In this document: positions 1 through 9,675 of the stretch, piece by piece
How the letters are laid out: each line of letters begins with the position of its first letter
Numbering within the stretch: position 1 is the stretch's first letter
Virus record (IMG/VR): IMGVR_UViG_3300028654_000384
Coordinates: 124,001 to 188,000 of that record
Reading direction: 5' to 3' (one strand)
Length of the DNA stretch: 64,000 bases
The notes under the pieces: model-generated
The model's database searches: none
Seen by the model: the letters and a program-made list of their open reading frames with translations, nothing else
Told to the model about the DNA's origin: nothing
Translations under genes and position numbers: made by a program

Positions 1-2
1 TC

Positions 3-236
3 GCTGAACAGGAACGCATCAAGGTTGAGACGGCGACGGCACTGTTGCAGGTCGACAAGACCGCCGCCGAGGCACAAGCTGAAGCACGTAAGATCGATGT
101 GGTCGGTGCTGCGCTGCACCGCAATCCCGAGTACTACGTCCGCGACGTCTATTACTACGCCGCGGAGCACGGAGGCAGCGTGATGCTACCGACGAATCCC
201 AACGTCATCCTGTCGATGACGCCCGGACACAAGTAG
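3..236 (+). CDS. C-terminal part of a probable SPFH/band-7 (prohibitin-like) protein, 5'-truncated by the window
   Basis: Open frame from base 3: AEQERIKVETA..AEAQAEARKIDVVGAALHRNPEY, a coiled-coil tail typical of SPFH proteins. Confidence 0.45.
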   Translation, partial: AEQERIKVETATALLQVDKTAAEAQAEARKIDVVGAALHRNPEYYVRDVYYYAAEHGGSVMLPTNPNVILSMTPGHK

Positions 237-244
237 AGAACGCC

Positions 245-523
245 ATGGTCGTCGCCGATGTCATTGCGCTGTTCGTCGTCCTGGGCCTGTTCGGCCTGGG
301 CGGCAAGACGATCTTCTCGGCGTGGAATTCGTTGCGCGAGCGCCATAAGGAGAAGGTCGTTGACCACGACCGCATGCGGAATGAACTACGTGCTGCTCTC
401 AATTCGCGTGACTACAAGCAGCTCGAGGACTTTCTCATCGTCTGGGACGCCGACATCAATAGCGTCACCCGAGACGTCATCAGACAACGCATCAACGAAC
501 TGATCAGCGAGCACGGGCTATGA
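245..523 (+). CDS. hypothetical membrane-anchored protein
   Basis: N-terminal hydrophobic helix; stop overlaps next ATG. Confidence 0.65.
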   Translation: MVVADVIALFVVLGLFGLGGKTIFSAWNSLRERHKEKVVDHDRMRNELRAALNSRDYKQLEDFLIVWDADINSVTRDVIRQRINELISEHGL

Positions 524-699
524 GCACCAAGCTCCCCGACGTGGCGTCCGTCTTCCTGCAGCTCGACGCCGCGCTGTGCCTACTGTCGCGCGCCAAGGGT
601 GAGAAGCCGCCGGCACAGTACTTCGACCAACGCTCAAAGCACGTCTGTCGACTGACGCTCGACGGTCACACTTATCAGTTAGTCATTACCGAAGTCTAG
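520..699 (+). CDS. hypothetical protein (59 aa)
   Basis: ATGA overlap with upstream stop; MSTKLPDVASVFLQLD... Confidence 0.55.
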   Translation: MSTKLPDVASVFLQLDAALCLLSRAKGEKPPAQYFDQRSKHVCRLTLDGHTYQLVITEV

Positions 700-707
700 G
701 AGAGAAC

Positions 708-932
708 ATGATTGATTCGCTAGGAACACGATGGGTAAAGTGCGTGCGTGCAAGCAACACGCAGGGGCAGCTCCACGTCGGGAACATCTACCATGTGCGC
801 GGTGAGATCGGTGCCTACACCTACTTCGATGGAATGCAGGACGGATTTCTCACGCGGCGGTTCGTCGACTGCGATCCACCACCGGCACGAGGTTCGACCT
901 TAAAGTCGAGGAGGGCTCGTGCCCGACGCTAG
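708..932 (+). CDS. hypothetical phage protein (VKC..L.VG.IY.V type, similar to 27407-27721)
   Basis: GGAG RBS upstream; motif WVKCV..QLHVGNIYHV..RRF shared with 27407-27721. Confidence 0.65.
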   Translation: MIDSLGTRWVKCVRASNTQGQLHVGNIYHVRGEIGAYTYFDGMQDGFLTRRFVDCDPPPARGSTLKSRRARARR

Positions 933-1155
933 GGAAGTGCGCGCACCCGATTGCGAAGGTTGGTGGCTACGGGGCAAGGGTGGCTTCAATGTCAAGCTGT
1001 TCTTCGTCCAGGGCTTCGACGACGGCACGCCTCTCAGCATTTGGGATGAAGACATTGAAGATTTCATCCCGGTGACCAAGTACGTCAAACCCCTAGTACG
1101 TTGGTGGGGGCCCATCGTCCACACGTTGAGCGATGAAAAGTTGAGCTCTACATAG
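919..1155 (+). CDS. hypothetical protein
   Basis: ORF track; overlaps upstream stop. Confidence 0.5.
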   Translation: MPDAREVRAPDCEGWWLRGKGGFNVKLFFVQGFDDGTPLSIWDEDIEDFIPVTKYVKPLVRWWGPIVHTLSDEKLSST

Positions 1156-1363
1156 GGGTGCAAATGAAGTGTTTGATCTACATCGTCGGAACAATGAACA
1201 TTCTGATCTGGGGGTGGTGAAGTGCGAAGATCAGCGTTGGTTTTGCACCATCAATGGGGTCAACATTGGGTCGACGTCATCGCTGCGATGCTAGGATTGC
1301 CCGTAGAGCTGATGTTCATCGCAATGAGCGTCTACATCATGTTGCCAGTGGCGAGAGAATGAT

Positions 1364-1531
1364 ATGAGGAGCAAACTTACGGCGCCACAGTGTACTGACC
1401 CCAACTGCAAGTACAACATACGTGGCATTCGCCACACGTGTGGACAGTGCAGCTTTTTGTCCGAAGTGAAGTGTGCTTGCTATGAGAAGAACGTGAAACG
1501 GGGTCTCAAGGCACATGTTGACAATGAGTGA
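1364..1531 (+). CDS. small Cys-rich, possibly Zn-binding protein (55 aa)
   Basis: MRSKLTAPQCTDPNC..HTCGQC..KCAC; GAGAG upstream. Confidence 0.45.
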   Translation: MRSKLTAPQCTDPNCKYNIRGIRHTCGQCSFLSEVKCACYEKNVKRGLKAHVDNE

Positions 1532-1546
1532 CGTGAATGATAGGTT
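1518..1546 (+). promoter_or_regulatory. canonical sigma70-type promoter of a probably leaderless NRDE gene
   Basis: TTGACA-17 bp-TAGGTT; ATG 5 nt after the -10. Confidence 0.65.
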
Positions 1547-1551
1547 AAGAC

Positions 1552-2316
1552 ATGTGCACCCTCATCGTCCTCAGTGAAGCGATCGATGGTTACCCACTCG
1601 TCGTCGCCGCCAATCGCGATGAGCACTATGATCGGCCTTCGCTGCCGCCTGCAATCACCGGTGATGTCATCTGCCCGCGTGATCTCCACAAGGGTGGCAC
1701 GTGGCTGGGCGTGGCTCGTGGTGGCTGGTTCGCCGGGTTGACCAACCAAGTCGACGCCCACCAACCGCACCTGCTGGCGTCACGAGGCCACGTCGTTGAT
1801 GCTTGCCTCAAGGCCGGCAATCACCTGGCCGTGGCCCAATACCTGCAGGGGCTTGATCGTGGCGTCTACAACAACTTCAACCTGGTCTTTGGCAGGCCCG
1901 GCGCCATTTTTTTGTGCCGTGTCTGGGGGCTGCACGCGCTGGAGATGCTCGTGGTGCCTGCAGGAACCAGCGTCTTCACCAATGATTGTTGGGACGGGCA
2001 GTTTCAGGCCAAGGCCGAGCGCGCCCGCGAATTGACCACCCACCTCGCCGGCGCAGTACCGATCCACGACGTCAAGAACGCGTTGTTCGCAGTGCTGTCA
2101 GACCACCAACACGGTGACGATCCTCGTCAATCGATGTGCATCCATGCCGACGGTTGGGGCACTCGTAGCACCTCGATCATCACAGTGTCCAATGAGGGGG
2201 CCGTGGAGTACTACTATTCAGATGGTGCACCGTGTAGGAGTCCCGGTGTTGCATGTGTGGGCGTTCTATCGATTGATGACGAACTCATCACTGACGCAGA
2301 CCTGAAGAAACCCTGA
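1552..2316 (+). CDS. NRDE/TANGO2 family protein
   Basis: N-terminal MCTL, ANRDE, GGTWLG, GTRSTS motifs. Confidence 0.9.
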   Translation: MCTLIVLSEAIDGYPLVVAANRDEHYDRPSLPPAITGDVICPRDLHKGGTWLGVARGGWFAGLTNQVDAHQPHLLASRGHVVDACLKAGNHLAVAQYLQGLDRGVYNNFNLVFGRPGAIFLCRVWGLHALEMLVVPAGTSVFTNDCWDGQFQAKAERARELTTHLAGAVPIHDVKNALFAVLSDHQHGDDPRQSMCIHADGWGTRSTSIITVSNEGAVEYYYSDGAPCRSPGVACVGVLSIDDELITDADLKKP

Positions 2317-2513
2317 TGCAGGACAACTACTCAATCCACTCGCGGCCCATCACTCACAAGGTCGAGAAGGACGTCGTCATGACGTTGACCAGGGCACAAG
2401 CCGACATCCAACGCTTCAAAGAACGCTTGGGTTCCAACGTGCTCATCACTCTGACGATCACTGCACACCTACCCACGAGGCCCGTGCTCAATGAAGACAA
2501 CGCAACAGAGTGA
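2316..2513 (+). CDS. hypothetical protein
   Basis: TGATG coupling to NRDE gene. Confidence 0.5.
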   Translation: MQDNYSIHSRPITHKVEKDVVMTLTRAQADIQRFKERLGSNVLITLTITAHLPTRPVLNEDNATE

Positions 2514-3174
2514 CGTCATCGAACAAGCCAGCGATCGCCGACACCTGAAGGGTTATGGCAAGAACTTCAAACCATTGGTCGCCGCCGGCTCGTGGGTGAT
2601 CAGCGGATTCCGTTACGGCAGGTCGAAGTGTGCCTGTTGTGGGCGACCCATTCACCACGTATTGCAGTTGACCAACGAGAGCCACGACGATTCGATCAAG
2701 GTGGGCAAGTTCGACGCGAGCGGACAGTCATTTTCGAAGACGATCGACATCGGCATTGTCTGCGGGCCCAAGGTCTTCACCGAATCATGCGTCGGCTTCT
2801 ACGATGACCCTACACGTGAGTGGGAGCGCCAGATCAAGACGTGGCGCGACTTCATCACCTACACCATTCTCTGCGTCAAGAACGCTGACACTTGGGCGCG
2901 GGTACCTGAAGAGATCAGAGGAGCCATTGACCTCTACCTTGAGAAGGGATACAAGGTTGACTTGCAGCACAGCGGTAAATGGTGTCTCATCAAGGATTGC
3001 AAGAAGCGCTATCTCAAGATCAAGCGCTCGCCCGGGGTGATGCCGCAGGTGCAAGTGCTTCTCATGTATGCGCGCTCGTTGATCAGCGTTGCAAAGCGTC
3101 AGGGACTGATCCCACTCAACTGGAGACTCGGTGACGACATGAACCTGATCAAGGACATCGAGGTGTGCACGTGA
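2491..3174 (+). CDS. hypothetical protein with a Cys/His cluster
   Basis: 227 aa ORF; CACCGRPIHH ... GIVC. Confidence 0.75.
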   Translation: MKTTQQSDVIEQASDRRHLKGYGKNFKPLVAAGSWVISGFRYGRSKCACCGRPIHHVLQLTNESHDDSIKVGKFDASGQSFSKTIDIGIVCGPKVFTESCVGFYDDPTREWERQIKTWRDFITYTILCVKNADTWARVPEEIRGAIDLYLEKGYKVDLQHSGKWCLIKDCKKRYLKIKRSPGVMPQVQVLLMYARSLISVAKRQGLIPLNWRLGDDMNLIKDIEVCT

Positions 3175-4532
3175 GTGCCTCGCGCTCGTGGACTGACCTA
3201 TTGTTTACCGACAAGGCACCATCACCACCATCACCACCATCAACTAGGAAGACAGCTCACATGGCAGACGACAGTGATTCTAAGTTGATGCACGAATCGA
3301 CGTCCCTCTATGATGAAGTCAGGCGTGCCCTGGGCGTCAACCACGTCAAACGAGCCTTTGCGTTGGGCACCGAACTGTTCGGTGCGGCGACTCCATTCCT
3401 CGACAAGCCCACGTGGTGGAATGCGGCCAAGTCTGTCTTTGCCATGGGCAAAGTGATGGTCGAAGACGTCGAAGTGTACAGCGACGACTACTTCGGGGGT
3501 GACGAGTGGACCGAACCCTACAATCCTGACTTCAACCAGACGTTGCTCCACGTGCTGCAAAAGTTCCCGTATGAGCGCATCAAGACGGCCGAGGACAACA
3601 CCTTTGTCAGGTTGGTCACCCTGCCCAATGGAATCAGGGTGGGATGGACATACACGGGCAAGATGCAGATGGTCGACCACATCTACGTCAAGACCGATCA
3701 AGTTGACATGGCGCGCGACTTCATCAAGAAGTTGTTGTGGGCTCAATTTGAGGGCAAGTCGCTCGTCATGCGGAAGAATAACCGGGTGATGATGACCGGT
3801 GATGAAGCGCGTGTCATCTTTGAGGTCGACAATGCCTTCGAATCGAAGTTGTCACAGCGCGCGACCGACTACGCCGAGTACCTCAAGAAGCCACTGACGG
3901 CAGGGGTGCCGCGGTCGGTGATGTTCTATGGCCCACCAGGCACCGGCAAGTCGACGCTGGCGCGGACGATCGTGGAGCTGATGAACCTCAGGTCATTCCG
4001 CATCAGGATCGCTGACCTTGGCGGGCTCGATAACTCCACGTTGTTCGAGGCCATCAACATCTTCGAACCCGACGCCGTCATCCTTGACGACTTTGATCGG
4101 GCTAACGGCCAAGCGCAGTTGCTCGAGACGCTGGAGTTTTTTCAACAGCGCGTCAAGCTGGTCATTGTCACCGTCAACAATAGGATGGAACTTGATGAGG
4201 CACTGCTGCGACCGGGACGCATTGATGAACTGGTCCTCATTGACAAGATGGACAATGAGGTCGTCAAGCACGTGTTGGGCGACTACGTCGACGGTTTCGA
4301 CGTGGTGAAGGATTGGCCCATCGCATTCATTGCAGAATATGTTGTCCGTCGCACCTACCTCTCGGCAGAAGAGGCGGCAACGTCTGTCAAGGAATTGACA
4401 GAACGCGTCAATCGTCTCGCATGTTATCGTGATGAGAATGACGTGCAGCGGATGGTAAAGTTGATGACCGCGAAGAACAAGAAGGCCAAGCGCAAGACGT
4501 TGAATGAGAATGGAGGTAGTGGCCCTTTTTGA
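3171..4532 (+). CDS. AAA+ ATPase with C-terminal AAA domain (BCS1-like layout)
   Basis: Walker A GPPGTGKST, Walker B VILDDFD, SRH LLRPGRID; GTG start overlapping upstream TGA assumed. Confidence 0.9.
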   Translation: MSASRSWTDLLFTDKAPSPPSPPSTRKTAHMADDSDSKLMHESTSLYDEVRRALGVNHVKRAFALGTELFGAATPFLDKPTWWNAAKSVFAMGKVMVEDVEVYSDDYFGGDEWTEPYNPDFNQTLLHVLQKFPYERIKTAEDNTFVRLVTLPNGIRVGWTYTGKMQMVDHIYVKTDQVDMARDFIKKLLWAQFEGKSLVMRKNNRVMMTGDEARVIFEVDNAFESKLSQRATDYAEYLKKPLTAGVPRSVMFYGPPGTGKSTLARTIVELMNLRSFRIRIADLGGLDNSTLFEAINIFEPDAVILDDFDRANGQAQLLETLEFFQQRVKLVIVTVNNRMELDEALLRPGRIDELVLIDKMDNEVVKHVLGDYVDGFDVVKDWPIAFIAEYVVRRTYLSAEEAATSVKELTERVNRLACYRDENDVQRMVKLMTAKNKKAKRKTLNENGGSGPF

Positions 4533-4798
4533 CGCGCGGCGGGAGGCCGGTACCTGAGTCACACGAACCGCTGGTAATGTCTTTTGATGACGCCGCAGAC
4601 AACGCACTCAAAGGAGACCTTTCCGAGGCTGATAAAGATGCCATACGCCAGACACGTCAAAGGCTAAAAGAAGCCGGTTACCATCTCGACCTTAGTGAGC
4701 GCGGCTACGGCAAGGTGCCTGCACGTCCACACACCAAGCGACTACGTAAAGTCCGTATGAAGGTCAAGCGTCTATTGTCACGGACGACTGATAAGTAG
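4529..4798 (+). CDS. hypothetical protein
   Basis: ORF track; start may be ATG 4577. Confidence 0.45.
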   Translation: MTRGGRPVPESHEPLVMSFDDAADNALKGDLSEADKDAIRQTRQRLKEAGYHLDLSERGYGKVPARPHTKRLRKVRMKVKRLLSRTTDK

Positions 4799-4926
4799 TA
4801 CTATGCAGTCATGGCTCACTTTCGACACCCCACCCCTGTAAATCACCATTGTGCCTACGCTCACCACGTGTCAGTGCGGTGTCATTGGGATTCAGGCACC
4901 CATTAGTCAGAGGTTGCAGGCTACTT

Positions 4927-5184
4927 ATGATCTTGATGGCTACACGCAATCCCGGATTCCCTGACCGTACCGAAAAATACACGGAGTTTCAACTCTATGT
5001 GGGTCGCGGTAACGTTGTAGTTGACTTTACTGAGTGCAAGTTGAGGCGATACGCCGCGGCGGCAATCGACCCACAGCAGAAATTGACGCTGTGTGCCATG
5101 ATCGACGACTACCTCGCTGGTCACATTGCCATCGCGTGGAAGCGCGGCGTGCCGATCTGGCTGAAGGTGACCAAGAACGCCTGA
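4927..5184 (+). CDS. hypothetical protein
   Basis: Starts at/after a CTACTTAT late-promoter-like motif. Confidence 0.6.
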   Translation: MILMATRNPGFPDRTEKYTEFQLYVGRGNVVVDFTECKLRRYAAAAIDPQQKLTLCAMIDDYLAGHIAIAWKRGVPIWLKVTKNA

Positions 5185-5209
5185 TTGAACAATCGGCCTA
5201 ATCAGGTGT

Positions 5210-6871
5210 ATGATTGAGGCCATGAACGACAATACCACGCACGTCATCTTTGCCGCGGACGCTCGTAAGCAACTGTGGGCCGGCATGAAGATTGCTGCCG
5301 ATGCCGTCACCACGACGTTGGGCCCTAAAGGTCGCACCGTCATCATCCAGCGCGCTAACCAATCCCCTCTGGTGACGAAGGACGGGATCACCGTCGCCAA
5401 GTCGATCAAGTTGAAAGATCCCGTCAAGCGGATGGGCGCCGAACTGATCCTCGAAGCTGCCAATCAGACCAATGAGGTCGCCGGTGACGGCACCACGACG
5501 GCCACGTGCCTGACGGCCGCGCTCGTCGCCGAAGGTTTGAAGCTGGTCGAAGGCGGCTTTAGCCCACTCGAGCTGTGCAAGGGCATTGAGGCAGCGACCG
5601 GGTTGGTGCTCGCCGCCCTCAAACAACAGGCGGTGCAGGTGTCAACCAGTGCTGCGGTCGCCCAAGTCGGTACCATCAGTGCCAACGGTGATGCACAGAT
5701 CGGCAAGTTGATCGCCGATGCCATGGAACACGTGGGCCGCGACGGCATCATCACCGTCGAGGACGCCAAGGGCATGGCCACGTCAATGTCAATCGCTGAT
5801 GGCATGCAGTTTGAACGCGGCTACATTAGCCCCTACTTCGTCACCGATGCAGAACGGATGCGGGCGACGTACGATGATGCCTTTGTCCTCGTCACTGACA
5901 AGAAGATCAGCAGCCTCAAGGAACTGATCCCACTGCTCGAGCGAGTGGTGCGGTTACAGAAGGGCCTGCTGATCATCGCTGAAGATGTCGACGGTGATGC
6001 ACTGACGGGCCTCGTCCTCAACCGCGTCAAGTCAGGCCTGCCCGTTGTCGCCATCAAGGCACCCGGTTACGGCCTGCACCGACAAGAGCTACTGCACGAC
6101 ATCTGCGTCATGACGGGTGCAACCCTCGTCTCCAGTGCCAACGGCCTGACACTCGACAAGGTCACTGACGCCAACTTGGGACGTGTCAAGCGCTTCAACA
6201 CCGACGCGAAGTCGACGACGCTCGTCGGGACGGGTGCTCAAAAGACGCACATTGACACCCACGTGGTTGAACTGCGCAAGCAGCTCGAGGACATCACTCT
6301 GGGGCAGGATGAGGTGACCAAGCTGAAGGTTCGCATTGCCAAGTTGGCCTCGGGCGTCGCCGTCATCCGCGTCGGCGGCGCGACCGAAGTCGAGATGACA
6401 GAGCGGCGCTTCCGCGTCGAGGATGCATTGAACGCGACGAAAGCGGCCGTCGAAGAGGGCATTGTGCCCGGTGGCGGCATGGCCTTCTACCACGCCGTCC
6501 ATGCAGTGAAGAGTACGACGGTCGATGAAGCCACCGGCGCCCACGATGAGCAGGCAGGCATGGGTGTCGTCTATCGGGCGTGCCTCGCGCCGCTCAAGCG
6601 CATCATTGAGAATGCAGGTGCCAGCTCTCCCGTGGTGCTGGCGGAATTGGCGCGCAGGGATGCCGCGGCACCGCTCATCAATGACAACATGGGTTACAAC
6701 GCGGCGACGGGTGAATACGTCGACCTCGTCACTGCCGGCGTCGTCGATCCTGTCAAGGTGGCACGGACTGCACTGAAGAACGCAGCATCAGTTGCTGTCA
6801 CCTTCCTCAGCCTCGACGCCGTGGTGTATGATGAACAGGTCACCAAGGAGCAACACGCTGATGAACAGTGA
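5210..6871 (+). CDS. groEL: chaperonin GroEL (Cpn60)
   Basis: TLGPKG, VTKDG, AGDGTTTAT, GMQFERGYISPYF, GIVPGGG, DPVKV motifs; 553 aa; no GGM tail. Confidence 0.97.
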   Translation: MIEAMNDNTTHVIFAADARKQLWAGMKIAADAVTTTLGPKGRTVIIQRANQSPLVTKDGITVAKSIKLKDPVKRMGAELILEAANQTNEVAGDGTTTATCLTAALVAEGLKLVEGGFSPLELCKGIEAATGLVLAALKQQAVQVSTSAAVAQVGTISANGDAQIGKLIADAMEHVGRDGIITVEDAKGMATSMSIADGMQFERGYISPYFVTDAERMRATYDDAFVLVTDKKISSLKELIPLLERVVRLQKGLLIIAEDVDGDALTGLVLNRVKSGLPVVAIKAPGYGLHRQELLHDICVMTGATLVSSANGLTLDKVTDANLGRVKRFNTDAKSTTLVGTGAQKTHIDTHVVELRKQLEDITLGQDEVTKLKVRIAKLASGVAVIRVGGATEVEMTERRFRVEDALNATKAAVEEGIVPGGGMAFYHAVHAVKSTTVDEATGAHDEQAGMGVVYRACLAPLKRIIENAGASSPVVLAELARRDAAAPLINDNMGYNAATGEYVDLVTAGVVDPVKVARTALKNAASVAVTFLSLDAVVYDEQVTKEQHADEQ

Positions 6872-7211
6872 TACTCGCACTCAACAATTGTTAGCAATTG
6901 ACATCGCCGACGCGGCGCTGCACGCCTACGAAAAGAGGCGAGTGGCGTGGGGCACTGCATTGGGTGGCGTCATTAGCGTGGCGATGATGACGGTACTCGG
7001 GGTGCTGGTGGGTGCCAGTGGTTACTTCATTGCCGGCCTCATCGTCACTACACAGGTATTCCGCACTCTGTGGTTGGGGTACAAGGCGTTTCGCGCGGGC
7101 CAGGAGTGTGATCGGTTGCAATGTGAAGCGGCCTTCGCGAAGGTCGGCATACCGTTCAATCACGTGGATGCTGATGTCGATGATCTCTTAGGCGAACAAC
7201 CTCCCCAATAA
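6861..7211 (+). CDS. membrane protein with two TM helices
   Basis: Hydrophobic stretch AWGTALGG..AGLIVTTQV. Confidence 0.65.
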   Translation: MNSDTRTQQLLAIDIADAALHAYEKRRVAWGTALGGVISVAMMTVLGVLVGASGYFIAGLIVTTQVFRTLWLGYKAFRAGQECDRLQCEAAFAKVGIPFNHVDADVDDLLGEQPPQ

Positions 7212-7220
7212 GTATGACAT

Positions 7221-7445
7221 GTGCAGCCCGGTGAATTGGTCGTCAAGCGCGTCAGGTGGAGCGTGGACGCCGAGTGCATGGGGTTTGTCGTCGCCCACGC
7301 CGCCGGTGATGTCGATGAGTGTTTGGTGATGTGGACGATGGGTGACCAACGCATCATGTTCAAGTGGCACCTGACCGACGCGTTGATGGCGGTCGACACG
7401 TCTAACGTTGCCGAAGTGAGGGGCAGATGCGACCTCGGTTCTTGA
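7221..7445 (+). CDS. KOW/SH3-like PGxL family protein
   Basis: QPGELV..GFVVA..CLVMW. Confidence 0.6.
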   Translation: MQPGELVVKRVRWSVDAECMGFVVAHAAGDVDECLVMWTMGDQRIMFKWHLTDALMAVDTSNVAEVRGRCDLGS

Positions 7446-7651
7446 CGGGTGACCTGATCTTGCATACCGGGTGGGATCGTCTGTCGTGGTGTCGGACGAT
7501 TGCCATGGTCGTCTCCGTGATGCCGGCTAATGACGTGCCTGACGCACAGATCAGAGGCATTGAAGCACAACCATGGATCTACTACGTGCTCGACGTCAAT
7601 ACCAACATCATCAACGGTCCACTAACGTCATCGGAGATGGACAGTGCTTAG
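7427..7651 (+). CDS. KOW/SH3-like PGxL family protein
   Basis: LTGDLI..AMVVSV..YYVL. Confidence 0.55.
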   Translation: MRPRFLTGDLILHTGWDRLSWCRTIAMVVSVMPANDVPDAQIRGIEAQPWIYYVLDVNTNIINGPLTSSEMDSA

Positions 7652-8003
7652 GTCGTGGCGACCCGGTGATTTAGCGATCGTCTGTGGCAATAGCCTCATC
7701 AGTCGACTCAACAGCAATGTGGCACAGTGGACATTCGGTCACAAGCTTGTCATCATCGTCGGCGGAGTCAACAGGTGGGTTAGTTCTTCTGACGATGAAG
7801 ATGTCGTGCAATGTTACATCGTCATGGTGTCTCACACAGACTACGGTGCACACGCTCCAGGTGGCAATCTCAATCCCATCACATGGCCCCACGTCGTGCC
7901 GCTAGTCAGTGGCTTGTACTCGGTACCGAGCGACAGGCTGCTCGATCTGACGGAGTTCAGTGAACCAGGCCGCCTGTTTGGCACCCAGAGGCTGCGAGAT
8001 TAA
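7644..8003 (+). CDS. KOW/SH3-like PGxL family protein
   Basis: RPGDLAIV..LVIIVG..YIVMV. Confidence 0.6.
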   Translation: MLRSWRPGDLAIVCGNSLISRLNSNVAQWTFGHKLVIIVGGVNRWVSSSDDEDVVQCYIVMVSHTDYGAHAPGGNLNPITWPHVVPLVSGLYSVPSDRLLDLTEFSEPGRLFGTQRLRD

Positions 8004-8009
8004 TTGTCG

Positions 8010-8273
8010 TCACCTAGGTGTAAGCAACTGCCAGTTATACTTGAGGTTTTCAAGTGACGACGAGAAGATGAAGATCTTGTCGAGCGCTAAGACGTCGAAC
8101 CTCACGCTCTCCCGTACACGACCGATAAACATGACGGCCATCACCAGCCCGGTGAATCCTGGGTAAATAACATCACCGTGGTCGCCCCTGTACCAGTGCG
8201 ATTCCCACGCCCGCATCGGATGTAGGGCGGCAATTAGGTCACCCGGTTGCAGCGTCAAAGGCCGCGGCGTCAC
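8010..8273 (-). CDS. KOW/SH3-like PGxL family protein
   Basis: QPGDLIA..TGLVMAV..FDVL. Confidence 0.65.
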   Translation of the reverse strand: MTPRPLTLQPGDLIAALHPMRAWESHWYRGDHGDVIYPGFTGLVMAVMFIGRVRESVRFDVLALDKIFIFSSSLENLKYNWQLLTPR

Positions 8274-8800
8274 TTGAGTCTGAAAGATCGCAACACATCA
8301 CCGCACACCACACCGGCGCCCGATCGTTCCGAATCGGCCTTGCAGGCGATGACATAACCCAGGTGCGTTGACGCTTGGCCAATGCCCACGATGCCGAAAC
8401 CCAACTTGGCGTCGGTGACAATGATCGTCATCGATGCCGGCGAGCCCCCGACGTCAATCATGTTACGTTTGATGAAGGAGGGTGTGCCTTGCACCAGTCG
8501 CGGCGCCTGCATCGCCACGTTCCCAGCGAACTGTTCAGGCGTCTCCTCTTCATCCATGCCCCGCGCGGTGACGATGACACCCGTGGGTGAACGGGTGCTC
8601 GGCCCGGGAGCGTGCGCACGGGTGGCCTCAGCATTGTCTTGATCGATGATCCAACCATCGGGGAACGTCATTGACCAATTTGCGTGATTGATGACGACGC
8701 GTGCAGGCGTAGCAGCGGCGCTTGCCGGGCTAGAGTGTTGGTGCGTACAGCAGGCAGTCGTGACGACCAGTAATGCTAGAGCACTCAATCGCTTCATCAT
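8270..8800 (-). CDS. lipoprotein, PsbP/DcrB-like surface domain
   Basis: Lipobox-like TTAC after hydrophobic helix; WSMTFPDGW start of an alpha/beta sandwich. Confidence 0.6.
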   Translation of the reverse strand: MMKRLSALALLVVTTACCTHQHSSPASAAATPARVVINHANWSMTFPDGWIIDQDNAEATRAHAPGPSTRSPTGVIVTARGMDEEETPEQFAGNVAMQAPRLVQGTPSFIKRNMIDVGGSPASMTIIVTDAKLGFGIVGIGQASTHLGYVIACKADSERSGAGVVCGDVLRSFRLK

Positions 8801-9120
8801 GGCTCAACACTACATGGGGGGCGGACAATTGTCCAAAGGTTGTCGTATCCCTCCCAATCGAGCTCAAGTATCGTCATCTCACACCAACCATGACCTGACA
8901 TCAACCCATTGACTAATTGCCCGATCGATGAACGCTCGTAGTAGGCGAGAGTGGCCTGTTCTTCGCTGGAGATGATGAACGCATGGTTGCCACTGACGTG
9001 GAAGACGATCATGTCCCCCGGGCGCACGGGCAACACCTTGCGGGCGAGGCCGTCCATCGCTCGGCGCAGTTCAGGGCGCACGGTGGAAGACTCGCCAGCG
9101 TTTTCCGCGCTCATCATCAA
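8797..9120 (-). CDS. KOW/SH3-like PGxL family protein
   Basis: RPGDMIVF..AFIIS. Confidence 0.55.
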   Translation of the reverse strand: MMMSAENAGESSTVRPELRRAMDGLARKVLPVRPGDMIVFHVSGNHAFIISSEEQATLAYYERSSIGQLVNGLMSGHGWCEMTILELDWEGYDNLWTIVRPPCSVEP

Positions 9121-9313
9121 ACAACACTAGCACCTTGACATATTCACCGATGATGACTGTCACCACGTTGTAGCGACCCTCAACACGTTTTTCAACATTG
9201 ACAATGAAGGCCAATATGGGCTTGCCGGTCGTCGCGCGGAAATCAATGAGCAAGTGGCCCGGTAACAATGGAAGATCAGCGGCCATCTTTCGTAAGTAAT
9301 CGTTCGAGTTCAC
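9071..9313 (-). CDS. KOW/SH3-like PGxL family protein
   Basis: LPGHLLI..AFIVNV..VTVII. Confidence 0.55.
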   Translation of the reverse strand: MNSNDYLRKMAADLPLLPGHLLIDFRATTGKPILAFIVNVEKRVEGRYNVVTVIIGEYVKVLVLFDDERGKRWRVFHRAP

Positions 9314-9675
9314 AGCGCAATGTCACGTTGATCGGGGGCCGTGGCCGTGGGTGCCGGGGGCGTGATTGTGGTCGCGGTCGGGGCGGCGTACGGTGCACAC
9401 TTGCACACGACGTTGTTGTCGATGATGTGGAGCGAAGTGTGGGGCGGACACGTGGCCACGTCGTGCTGTTCAGGTTCAACATTGACAATGACGTCAACGC
9501 ACGCATTGCGCTCGTCCAGCCTTTCAACGCCGCGTCCCAACACGAACGTCAACCCAATTATAACCGTGGCGATGAAGGAAACGATCAGGCCATCAGTGAC
9601 AGGTTTGAAAGACTTTGCCCACATGTTCAAGCTCCTCTTACAGCACGCACCATGAACGATTGCGATCATTGTCAT
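9310..9675 (-). CDS. membrane-anchored Cys-containing protein with Pro/Thr tail
   Basis: TM helix then C..C..CKC; true start probably downstream. Confidence 0.55.
   Translation of the reverse strand: MTMIAIVHGACCKRSLNMWAKSFKPVTDGLIVSFIATVIIGLTFVLGRGVERLDERNACVDVIVNVEPEQHDVATCPPHTSLHIIDNNVVCKCAPYAAPTATTITPPAPTATAPDQRDIAL

Noticed and set aside
3217-3243. CACCAT/CACCAC repeat reading as poly-His
   Set aside because: The His frame has no start; in the coding frame it is a PSPPSPPS linker of the AAA ATPase
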